DNA of 64,000 nt from assembly GCF_009914755.1 (NCBI RefSeq), contig NC_060948.1, one strand, 5' to 3'. The notes under the pieces were generated by a model. The model did no database searches. It worked only from the letters and a program-made list of their open reading frames with translations, and was not told where the DNA came from. Of the stretch, positions 1-12,200 are shown piece after piece; positions within the stretch are counted from its first letter, which is position 1; each line of letters opens with the position of its first letter. Source of the stretch: the human T2T-CHM13v2.0 reference genome, Homo sapiens. A program made the translations under genes and the position numbers.

Positions 1-2668
1 AATGGACAGCCACGGAATGGAATGCACTCGAATGCAATGGAGTCGAAACTAATGGACTGGAATAGAATGGACTCGACTGGTACGGACTCCAATGGAATGG
101 AATCGAATGGAAGGGAATCGAACGGAATGGACTCGAAGGGAAAAGACTGCAATGGAACGGTCTCGAATGGAATGGAAATTAATGGAATGGAATGGAATCG
201 AATGAAATGGAGTCAAAAGGAATGGAATCGAATGGCAAGAAATCGAATGTAATGGAATCGCAAGGAATTGATATGGACGGAACGGAATGGAATGGAATCC
301 AAAGGAATGGAATAGAATGGAATGGAATCGAATGGAAAGGACTCGAATGGAAATCACTCGAATAGAATGCAATTTAATAAAATAGGATCAAATGTAATGG
401 AATGGAATGGAAAGGAATCGAAACGAAAGGAATGGAGACAGATGGAATGGAATGGAACAGATAGCAATGGTATACAATGGAATGGAATCATCTGGAATGG
501 AATTGAATGGAATGGAATAATATGAAATGGAATGGAATGGAATGGAATGGAATGCCCTTGAATTAAATGGACTGGACTCGAACAGAGTGGAATGGAAAGT
601 GTTGAGATAGAATGGAATGGACTCCTTTGGAATGGTCTAGTATGCAATGCAATCGACTGGCAGGGAATCAAAAGGAATGTAATGGAATGGATTGGACTGG
701 AATGCAATGGACTCGAATAGATTGGAAACGGAATGCAAAGGAATGGAATGGAATAGTATGGAATGGAATGGAAAGGAATGGAGTGGAATAGACTAGAGTG
801 GAATGGAATGGACTGGAAAGCAATGGACTGGAATGAAACTTTCTTGAATGGACTGGAATCAAACGGAATGGAATGCAATGCAATCAAATGGCATGGAATA
901 AGATAGAATGAAAGAGAATCAAATGGAATTGAATCGAATGGAATCGAATGGATTGGAAAGGAAGAGAATGGAATGGAATGGAATTGACTCAAATGGAATG
1001 GACTAGAATGGAATGGATTCGAATGGAAGGCAAAGGAATGGAATCTATTGGAATGGACTGTAATGGAATGGAATGGAAGGGATTGGAATGGACTCGAATG
1101 GAATGGACTGCAATAGAAAGGATTCGAATGGAATGAAAAAGAATTGAATGGAATAGAACAGAATGGAATCAAATCGAATGAAATGGAATGGAATAGAAAG
1201 GAATGGAATGAAATGGAATGGAAAGGATTCGAATGGAATGCAATCGAATGGAATGGAATCGAACGGAATGGAATAAAATGGAAGAAAACTGGCAAGAAAT
1301 GGAATCGAAATGAATGTAGTGTTATGGAACGGACTCAAAAGGAATTGAATGTAATAGAATGGAGTGGAGTGGACTCGAATATAATGGACTGGAATGGAAT
1401 GAAATCACATGGAAAGGGAAAGAATGGAATGGAATGGAAAGGAATGGAATTGAATGGAAAGGAATCGAACGGAAGTGAATGAAATTGAATCAACAGGAAT
1501 GGAAGGGAATAGAATAGACGGTAATGGAATGGACTCGAATAGAATGGACACGAATGCTCAAATTGAATGGACTCGAATGGAATGGAAACGAAAGGAATGT
1601 CATCGAATGGAATTGAATCGATTGGAATGAAATCACATAGAATGGAGTGGAATCAAATGGAATTGAATCGAAAGGAAAGGAAGCGAATGGACTGAAATGA
1701 AATGGAATGGAATTGAATGGAAAGTAATGCAATGGAATAGAATGGAACGAAATTTCACGGAATGGAATCAAACTGAATGGAATCAAATCAATGGAATCTA
1801 ATCAAATGGAATGGAAAGGAATTGAATGGAGTAGATTGGATTGGATGGGATTGGAATGAAATGTACTGGAAAGGACTCGAATTTCATGAAACGGAATGGA
1901 ATGAATTGGAACGGAATGGACTCGAATGGAATGGAATGTCATGGAATGGCATCAAATGGAATGGCATCAAATGGAATGGAATCGAATGCAATGGAATGCT
2001 ATGGAATGGAATGGAATGCATTGGAATGGAATGTCCTCTAATGGAATGGATTCGAGTGGAATGGAATCGAATATAATGGAGTCGAATGAAATGGAATTGA
2101 AAAGAATGGGATCGAATACAATGGAATATACTGGAATGTAATGTAATGAACTCGAATGTAATTGACTGGAATGGAATGTATATGAATGGAATGTAATCGA
2201 ATGGAAAGTAATCCAATGGAATAGAATCTAATGCAATAAAATCGACTCAGATAGAGTAGAATGTAATGGAATGGAGTGCAGTGCAATGGAATGGAATGGA
2301 ATGGAATGCAATGGAATGGAATGGAATGGAATGGAATGGAATGGGATGGAATGGTATGGAATGGATAATAATGGACTGGAGTGAAATGGACTGGAAAGGA
2401 ATGGACTCAAATTGAAAGGGCTCGAAAGGAATGGAGACAAATGGAATGGTCTGGAATGGAATGAACACGAATGTAATGCAATCCAATAGAATAGAGTCGA
2501 ATGGCATGGAATATAAAGAAATGGAATCGAAGAGAATAGAAACAAATGGAATGGAATTGAATGGAATGGAATTGAATGGAATGGGAACGAATGGAGTGAA
2601 ATTGTATGCAGTAGAAGAGAATAGAATGGAATGCAAGCGAAAGGAAAGGAATGGATTGGAATGGAATG

Positions 2669-2712
2669 GAATTCATTGGAATGGAAGGGAATGTAGTGTA
2701 ATGGACAGGCCT
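2669..2712. other. Monomer landmark: constant EcoRI (2669-2674) plus StuI/HaeIII (2707-2712), present in all 18 copies
   Basis: GAATTC...AGGCCT read directly in every monomer. Consistent with the classical male-specific ~3.4-3.6 kb HaeIII/EcoRI band. Confidence 0.9.
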
Positions 2713-5700
2713 GGAATAAAGTGGAATGCTACGGTCTCGAGTGGAATAAAAATGTATGGATTGGAATGCAATGAAACGGAATCGAATGTCATAGAATGTA
2801 ATGGAATGCAAAAAAATGGAATCCGAAATCATTGACTGGAAAGGCTGGGTGTCGAAAGGAATTGACTCCAATGGAATGGAATCGAATGGAATGGAAGTGA
2901 ATAGAATCGAACTAAATCGAATGGAATGGAATTGATAGGAACGGAATGGAAAGGAATGCAATGATTTGGCACGGAATGGAATCGAATGGCATCGAATGGA
3001 ATGGAATGGAATGCAGTGGAATGGAATGTATTAGAATGTAATGAACTTTAATGGAATGTACTCGAAAGGATTTGACTGGAATGGAATGTTCTGGAAGTGA
3101 ATGGACTCCAATGGAATGGATTCGAAAGGAATGGAATCGTACGGAATGGAATCTAATGGAATGGAATTAAATGGAAATGAATCAAATTGAATAGCACGGA
3201 ATTGAATTGAATGGAATGGAATGCAATGGAATCTAATGAAACGGAAAGGAAAGGAATGCAATGGAATGGAATGGGCTGGAATGGAAAGGAATCGAAACGA
3301 ATGGAATGGAATCGAACTGAAGAGACTGGAATGGAATGCACTGGAATGGAAGGGAGTGTAATGGAAGGTTCTCGAAAAAAATGGAATCGAATGGAATGGA
3401 ATTGAGTGGAACGGAATACAGTCGAATGGAATTGAATGGAATGGAATGGACTAGAGTGAAATGGAATCGAACCACAAGGAATGGACAGGAATAGAATGGT
3501 CTCGAATTGAATGGAATCGTATGGAATGGCATCAAACGGAATGGAATGGACAGCCACGGAATGGAATGCACTCGAATGCAATGGAGTCGAAACTAATGGA
3601 CTGGAATAGAATGGACTCGACTGGTACGGACTCCAATGGAATGGAATCGAATGGAAGGGAATCGAACGGAATGGACTCGAAGGGAAAAGACTGCAATGGA
3701 ACGGTCTCGAATGGAATGGAAATTAATGGAATGGAATGGAATCGAATGAAATGGAGTCAAAAGGAATGGAATCGAATGGCAAGAAATCGAATGTAATGGA
3801 ATCGCAAGGAATTGATATGGACGGAACGGAATGGAATGGAATCCAAAGGAATGGAATAGAATGGAATGGAATCGAATGGAAAGGACTCGAATGGAAATCA
3901 CTCGAATAGAATGCAATTTAATAAAATAGGATCAAATGTAATGGAATGGAATGGAAAGGAATCGAAACGAAAGGAATGGAGACAGATGGAATGGAATGGA
4001 ACAGATAGCAATGGTATACAATGGAATGGAATCATCTGGAATGGAATTGAATGGAATGGAATAATATGAAATGGAATGGAATGGAATGGAATGGAATGGA
4101 ATGCCCTTGAATTAAATGGACTGGACTCGAACAGAGTGGAATGGAAAGTGTTGAGATAGAATGGAATGGACTCCTTTGGAATGGTCTAGTATGCAATGCA
4201 ATCGACTGGCAGGGAATCAAAAGGAATGTAATGGAATGGATTGGACTGGAATGCAATGGACTCGAATAGATTGGAAACGGAATGCAAAGGAATGGAATGG
4301 AATAGTATGGAATGGAATGGAAAGGAATGGAGTGGAATAGACTAGAGTGGAATGGAATGGACTGGAAAGCAATGGACTGGAATGAAACTTTCTTGAATGG
4401 ACTGGAATCAAACGGAATGGAATGCAATGCAATCAAATGGCATGGAATAAGATAGAATGAAAGAGAATCAAATGGAATTGAATCGAATGGAATCGAATGG
4501 ATTGGAAAGGAAGAGAATGGAATGGAATGGAATTGACTCAAATGGAATGGACTAGAATGGAATGGATTCGAATGGAAGGCAAAGGAATGGAATCTATTGG
4601 AATGGACTGTAATGGAATGGAATGGAAGGGATTGGAATGGACTCGAATGGAATGGACTGCAATAGAAAGGATTCGAATGGAATGAAAAAGAATTGAATGG
4701 AATAGAACAGAATGGAATCAAATCGAATGAAATGGAATGGAATAGAAAGGAATGGAATGAAATGGAATGGAAAGGATTCGAATGGAATGCAATCGAATGG
4801 AATGGAATCGAACGGAATGGAATAAAATGGAAGAAAACTGGCAAGAAATGGAATCGAAATGAATGGAGTGTTATGGAACGGACTCAAAAGGAATTGAATG
4901 TAATAGAATGGAGTGGAGTGAACTCGAATATAATGGACTGGAATGGAATGAAATCACATGGAATGGGAACGAATGGAATGGAATGGAAAGGAATGGAATC
5001 GAATGGAAAGGAATCGAACGGAAGGGAATGAAATTGAATCAACAGGAATGGAAGGGAATAGAATAGACTGTAATGGAATGGACACGAATAGAATGGACAC
5101 GAATGCTCAAATTGAATGGACTCGAATGGAATGGAAAGGAAAGGAAAGTCATCGAATGGAATTGAATCGATTGGAATGAAATCGCATAGAATGGAGTGGA
5201 ATCAAATGGAATTGAATCGAAAGGAAAGGAAGCGAATGGACTGAAATGAAATGGAATGGAATGGAATGGAAAGTAATGCAATGGAATAGAATGGAAAGAA
5301 ATTTCACGGAATGGAATCAAACTGAATGGAATCAAATCAATGGAATCTAATCAAATGGAATGGAAAGGAATTGAATGGAGTATATTGGATTGGATGGGAT
5401 TGGAATGAAATGTACTGGAAAGGACTCGAATTTCATGAAACGGAATGGAATGAATTGGAACGGAATGGACTCGAATGGAATGGAATGACATGGAATGGCA
5501 TCAAATGGAATGGCATCAAATGGAATGGAATCGAATACAATGGAATGCTATGGAATGGAATGGAATGCATTGGAATGGAATGTCCTCTAATGGAATGGAT
5601 TCGAGTGGAATGGAATCGAATATAATGGAGTCGAATGAAATGGAATTGAAAGGAATGGGATAGAATAGAATGGAATATACTGGAATGTAATGTAATGAAC

Positions 5701-6263
5701 TCGAATGTAATTGACTGGAATGGAATGTACATGAATGGAATGTAATCGAATGGAAAGTAATCCAATGGAATAGAATCTAATGCAATAAAATCGACTCAGA
5801 TAGAGTAGAATGTAATGGAATGGAGTGCAGTGCAATGGAATGGAATGGAATGGAATGCAATGGAATGGAATGGAATGGAATGGAATGGGATGGAATGGGG
5901 TGGAATGGTATGGAATGGATAGTAATGGACTGGAGTGAAATGGACTGGAAAGGAATGGACTCAAATTGAAAGGGCTCGAAAGGAATGGAGACAAATGAAA
6001 TGGTCTGGAATGGAATGAACACGAATGTAATGCAATCCAATAGAATGGAGTCGAATGGCATGGAATATAAAGAAATGGAATCGAAGAGAATGGAAACAAA
6101 TGGAATGGAATTGAATGGAATGGAATTGAATGGAATGGGAACGAATGGAGTGAAATTGTATGCAGTAGAAGAGAATAGAATGGAATGCAAGCGAAAGGAA
6201 AGGAATGGATTGGAATGGAATGGAATTCATTGGAATGGAAGGGAATGTAGTGTAATGGACAGG
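2710..6263 (-). repeat. DYZ1: Representative complete monomer (HaeIII to HaeIII, 3554 bp)
   Basis: Lies between GG^CC cuts at 2709/2710 and 6263/6264. Contains each unique landmark once (ggctgggtgtcg, gaaccacaagg, gacagccacgg, gcccttgaatt, gaagaaaactggcaag, atgtcctctaat). Confidence 0.9.
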
Positions 6264-9200
6264 CCTGGAATAAAGTGGAATGCTACGGTCTCAAATAGAA
6301 TAAAAATGTATGGAATGGAATGCAATGAAACGGAATCGAATGTCATAGAATGTAATGGAATGCAAAAAAATGGAATCCAAAATCATTGACTGGAAAGGCT
6401 GGGTGTCGAAAGGAATTGACTCCAATGGAATGGAATCGAATGGAATGGAAGTGAATAGAATCGAACTAAATCGAATGGAATGGAATTGATAGGAACGGAA
6501 TGGAAAGGAATGCAATGATTTGGCATGGAATGGAATCGAATGGCATCGAATGGAATGGAATGGAATGCAATGGAATGGAATGTATTAGAATGTAATGAAC
6601 TTTAATGGAATGTACTCGAATGGATTCGACTGGAATGGAATGTTCTCGAAGTGAATGGACTCCAATGGAATGGATTCGAAAGGAATGGAATCTAATGGAA
6701 TGGAATTAAATGGAAATGAATCAAATTGAATAGAACGGAATTGAATTGAATGGAATCGAATGCAATGGAATCTAATGAAACGGAAAGGAAAGGAATGGAA
6801 TGGATTGGAATGGAATGGGCTGGAATGGAATGGAATCGAAACGAATGGAATGGAATCGAACTGAAGAGACTGGAATGGAATGCACTGGAATGGAAGGGAA
6901 TGTAATGGAAGGTTCTCGAAAAAAATGGAATCGAAAGGAATGGAATTGAATGGAACGGAATAGAGTCGAATGGAATTCAATGGAATGGAATGGACTAGAG
7001 TGAAATGGAATCGAACCACAAGGAATGGACAGGAATAGAATGGTCTCGAATTGAATGGAATCGTATGGAATGGCATCAATCGGAATGGAATGGACAGCCA
7101 CGGAATGGAATGGACACCCACGGAATGGAATGCACTCGAATGCAATGGAGTCGACACTAATGGACTGGAATAGAATGGACTCGACTGATACGGACTCCAA
7201 TGGAATGGAATCGAATGGAAGGGAATCGAACGGAATGGACTCGAAGGAAAAAGACTGCAATGGAAAGGTCTCCAATGGAATGGAAATTAATGGAATGGAA
7301 TGGAATCGAATGAAATGGAGTCAAAAGGAATGGAATCGAATGGCAAGAAATCGAATGTAATGGAATCGCAAGGAATTGATGTGAACGGAACGGAATGGAA
7401 TGGAATCCAAAGGAATGGAATAGAATGGAATGGAATCGAATGGAAAGGACTCGAATGGACATCACTCGAATAGAATGCAATTTAATAAAATAGGATCAAA
7501 TGTAATGGAATGGAATGGAAAGGAATCGAAACGAAAGGAATGGAGACAGATGGAATGGAATGGAACAGAGAGCAATGGTATAGAATGGAATGGAATCATC
7601 TGGAATGGAATTGAATGGAATGGAATAATATGAAATGGAAAGGAATGGAATGGAATGCCCTTGAATTAAATGGACTGGAATGGAATGGACTCGAACAGAG
7701 TGGAATGGAAAGTGTTGAAATAGAATGGAATGGACTCGTTTGGAATGGTCTAGTATGCAATGCAATCGACTGGCAGGGAATCAAAAGGAATGTAATCGAA
7801 TGGATTGGACTGGAATGCAATGGACTCGAATAGATTGGAAACGGAAAGCAAAGGAATGGAATGGAATAGTATGGAATGGAATGGAAAGGAATGGAGTGGA
7901 ATAGACTAGAGTGGAATGGAATGGACTCGAAAGCAATGGACTGGAATGGAACTTTCTTGAATGGACTGGAATCAAACGGAATGGAATGCAATGCAATCAA
8001 ATGGCATGGAATAAAATAGAATGAAAGAGAATGAAATGGAATTGAATCGAATGGAATCGAATGGATTGGAAAGGAATAGAATGGAATGGAATGGAATTGA
8101 CTCAAATGGAATGGACTAGAATGGAATGGATTCGAATGGAAGGCAAAGGAATGGAATCTATTGGAATGGACTGTAATGGAATGGAATGGAAGGGATTGGA
8201 ATGGACTCGAATGGAATGGACTGCAGTAGAAAGGATTCGAATGGAATGAAAAAGAATTGAATGGAATAGAACAGAATGGAATCAAATCGAATGAAATGGA
8301 ATGGAATAGAAAGGAATGGAATGAAATGGAATGGAAAGGATTCGAATGGAATGCAATCGAATGGAATGCAATCGAATGGAATGGAATCGAAAGGAATGGA
8401 ATAAAATGGAAGAAAACTGGCAAGAAATGGAGTCGAAATGAATGGAGTGTTATGGAACCGACTCAAAAGGAATTGAATGTAATAGAATGGAGTGGAGTGG
8501 ACTCGAATATAATGGACTGGAATGGAATGAAATCACATGGAATGGGAACGAATGGAATGGAATGGAAAGGAATGGAATCGAATGGAAAGGAATCGAATGG
8601 AAGGGAATGAAATTGAATCAACAGGAATGGAAGGGAGTAGAATAGACGGTAATGGAATGGACTCGAATAGAATGGACACGAATGCTCAAATTGAATGGAC
8701 TCGAATGGAATGGAAACGAAAGGAATGTCATCGAATGGAATTGAATCGATTGGAATGAAATCACATAGAATGGAGTGGAATCAAATGGAATTGAATCGAA
8801 AGGAAAGGAAGCGAATGGACTGAAATGAAATGGAATGGAATTGAATGGAAATTAATGCAATGGAATAGAATGGAACGAAATTTCACGGAATGGAATCAAA
8901 CTGAATGGAATCAAATCAATGGAATCAAATCAAATGGAATGGAAAGGAATTGAATGGAGTAGATTGGATTGGATGGGATTGGAATGAAATGTACTGGAAA
9001 GGACTCGAATTTCATGAAACGGAATGGAATGAATTGGAACGGAATGGACTCGAATGGAATGGAATGTCATGGAATGGCATCAAATGGAATGGAATCGAAT
9101 GCGATGGAATGCTATGGAATGGAATGGAATGCATTGGAATGGAATGTCCTCTAATGGAATGTATTCGAGTGGAATGGAATCGAATATAATGGAGTCTAAT

Positions 9201-12200
9201 GAAATGGAATTGAAAGGAATGGGACCGAATACAATGGAATATACTGGAATGTAATGTAATGAACTCGAATGTAATTGACTGGAATGGAATGTACATGAAT
9301 GGAATGTAATCGAATGGAAAGCAATCCAATGGAATAGAATCTAATGCAATAAAATCGACTCAAATAGAGTAGAATGTAATGGAATGGAGTGCAGTGCAAT
9401 GGAATGGAATGGAATGGAATGCAATGGAATGGAATGGAATGGAATGGAATGGGATGGAATGGTATGGAATGGATAGTAATGGACTGGAGTGAAATGGATT
9501 GGAAAAGAATGGACTCAAATTGAAAGGGCTCGAAAGGAATGGAGTCAAATGGAATGGTCTGGAATGGAATGAACACGAATGTAATGCAATCCAATGGAAT
9601 GGAATCGAATGGCATGGAATATAAAGAAATGGAATCGAAGAGAATGGAAACAAATGGAATGGAATTGAATGGAATGGAATTGAATGGAATGGGAACGAAT
9701 GGAGTGAAATTGTATGCAGTAGAAGAGAATAGAATGGAATGCAAGCGAAAGGAAAGGAATGGATTGGAATGGAATGGAATTCATTGGAATGGAAGGGAAT
9801 GTAGTGTAATGGACAGGCCTGGAATAAAGTGGAATGCTACGGTCTCGAATGGAATAAAAATGTATGGAATGGAATGCAATGAAACGGAATCGAATGTCAT
9901 AGAATGTAATGGAATGCAAAAAAATGGAATCCGAAATCATTGACTGGAAAGGCTGGGTGTCGAAAGGAATTGACTCCAATGGAATGGAATCGAATGGAAT
10001 GGAAGTGAATAGAATCGAACTAAATCGAATGGAATGGAATTGATAGGAACGGAATGGAAAGGAATGCAATGATTTGGCACGGAATGGAATCGAATGGCAT
10101 CGAATGGAATGGAATGGAATGCAGTGGAATGGAATGTATTAGAATGTAATGAACTTTAATGGAATGTACTCGAAAGGATTTGACTGGAATGGAATGTTCT
10201 GGAAGTGAATGGACTCCAATGGAATGGATTCGAAAGGAATGGAATCGTACGGAATGGAATCTAATGGAATGGAATTAAATGGAAATGAATCAAATTGAAT
10301 AGCACGGAATTGAATTGAATGGAATGGAATGCAATGGAATCTAATGAAACGGAAAGGAAAGGAATGCAATGGAATGGAATGGGCTGGAATGGAAAGGAAT
10401 CGAAACGAATGGAATGGAATCGAACTGAAGAGACTGGAATGGAATGCACTGGAATGGAAGGGAGTGTAATGGAAGGTTCTCGAAAAAAATGGAATCGAAT
10501 GGAATGGAATTGAGTGGAACGGAATAGAGTCGAATGGAATTGAATGGAATGGAATGGACTAGAGTGAAATGGAATCGAACCACAAGGAATGGACAGGAAT
10601 AGAATGGTCTCGAATTGAATGGAATCGTATGGAATGGCATCAAACGGAATGGAATGGACAGCCACGGAATGGAATGCACTCGAATGCAATGGAGTCGAAA
10701 CTAATGGACTGGAATAGAATGGACTCGACTGGTACGGACTCCAATGGAATGGAATCGAATGGAAGGGAATCGAACGGAATGGACTCGAAGGGAAAAGACT
10801 GCAATGGAACGGTCTCGAATGGAATGGAAATTAATGGAATGGAATGGAATCGAATGAAATGGAGTCAAAAGGAATGGAATCGAATGGCAAGAAATCGAAT
10901 GTAATGGAATCGCAAGGAATTGATATGGACGGAACGGAATGGAATGGAATCCAAAGGAATGGAATAGAATGGAATGGAATCGAATGGAAAGGACTCGAAT
11001 GGAAATCACTCGAATAGAATGCAATTTAATAAAATAGGATCAAATGTAATGGAATGGAATGGAAAGGAATCGAAACGAAAGGAATGGAGACAGATGGAAT
11101 GGAATGGAACAGATAGCAATGGTATACAATGGAATGGAATCATCTGGAATGGAATTGAATGGAATGGAATAATATGAAATGGAATGGAATGGAATGGAAT
11201 GGAATGCCCTTGAATTAAATGGACTGGACTCGAACAGAGTGGAATGGAAAGTGTTGAGATAGAATGGAATGGACTCCTTTGGAATGGTCTAGTATGCAAT
11301 GCAATCGACTGGCAGGGAATCAAAAGGAATGTAATGGAATGGATTGGACTGGAATGCAATGGACTCGAATAGATTGGAAACGGAATGCAAAGGAATGGAA
11401 TGGAATAGTATGGAATGGAATGGAAAGGAATGGAGTGGAATAGACTAGAGTGGAATGGAATGGACTGGAAAGCAATGGACTTGAATGAAACTTTCTTGAA
11501 TGGACTGGAATCAAACGGAATGGAATGCAATGCAATCAAATGGCATGGAATAAGATAGAATGAAAGAGAATCAAATGGAATTGAATCGAATGGAATCGAA
11601 TGGATTGGAAAGGAAGAGAATGGAATGGAATGGAATTGACTCAAATGGAATGGACTAGAATGGAATGGATTCGAATGGAAGGCAAAGGAATGGAATCTAT
11701 TGGAATGGACTGTAATGGAATGGAATGGAAGGGATTGGAATGGACTCGAATGGAATGGACTGCAATAGAAAGGATTCGAATGGAATGAAAAAGAATTGAA
11801 TGGAATAGAACAGAATGGAATCAAATCGAATGAAATGGAATGGAATAGAAAGGAATGGAATGAAATGGAATGGAAAGGATTCGAATGGAATGCAATCGAA
11901 TGGAATGGAATCGAACGGAATGGAATAAAATGGAAGAAAACTGGCAAGAAATGGAATCGAAATGAATGGAGTGTTATGGAACGGACTCAAAAGGAATTGA
12001 ATGTAATAGAATGGAGTGGAGTGAACTCGAATATAATGGACTGGAATGGAATGAAATCACATGGAATGGGAACGAATGGAATGGAATGGAAAGGAATGGA
12101 ATCGAATGGAAAGGAATCGAACGGAAGGGAATGAAATTGAATCAACAGGAATGGAAGGGAATAGAATAGACTGTAATGGAATGGACACGAATAGAATGGA

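Noticed and set aside
370-390. AATAAA polyadenylation-like signals (also ~1272, ~2234, ~2715, ~2745)
   Set aside because: They arise easily from AATGGA by two transitions. No downstream GU-rich element or transcript evidence is visible.
354-1295. 313-aa minus-strand ORF (MPVFFHFIPF...) recurring in most monomers, and all other listed ORFs
   Set aside because: Pure (CATTC)n and (GGAAT)n have no stop codon in any frame and translate to HSIPF and MEWNG repeats. The ORFs overlap in several frames, change length with 5-bp indels and show no domain. There is no evidence of coding function.
2840-2856. G-rich ggctgggtgtcg landmark as a G-quadruplex or foreign insert
   Set aside because: It has too few G-tracts and stays in pentamer register, so it is just a heavily mutated pair of pentamers.
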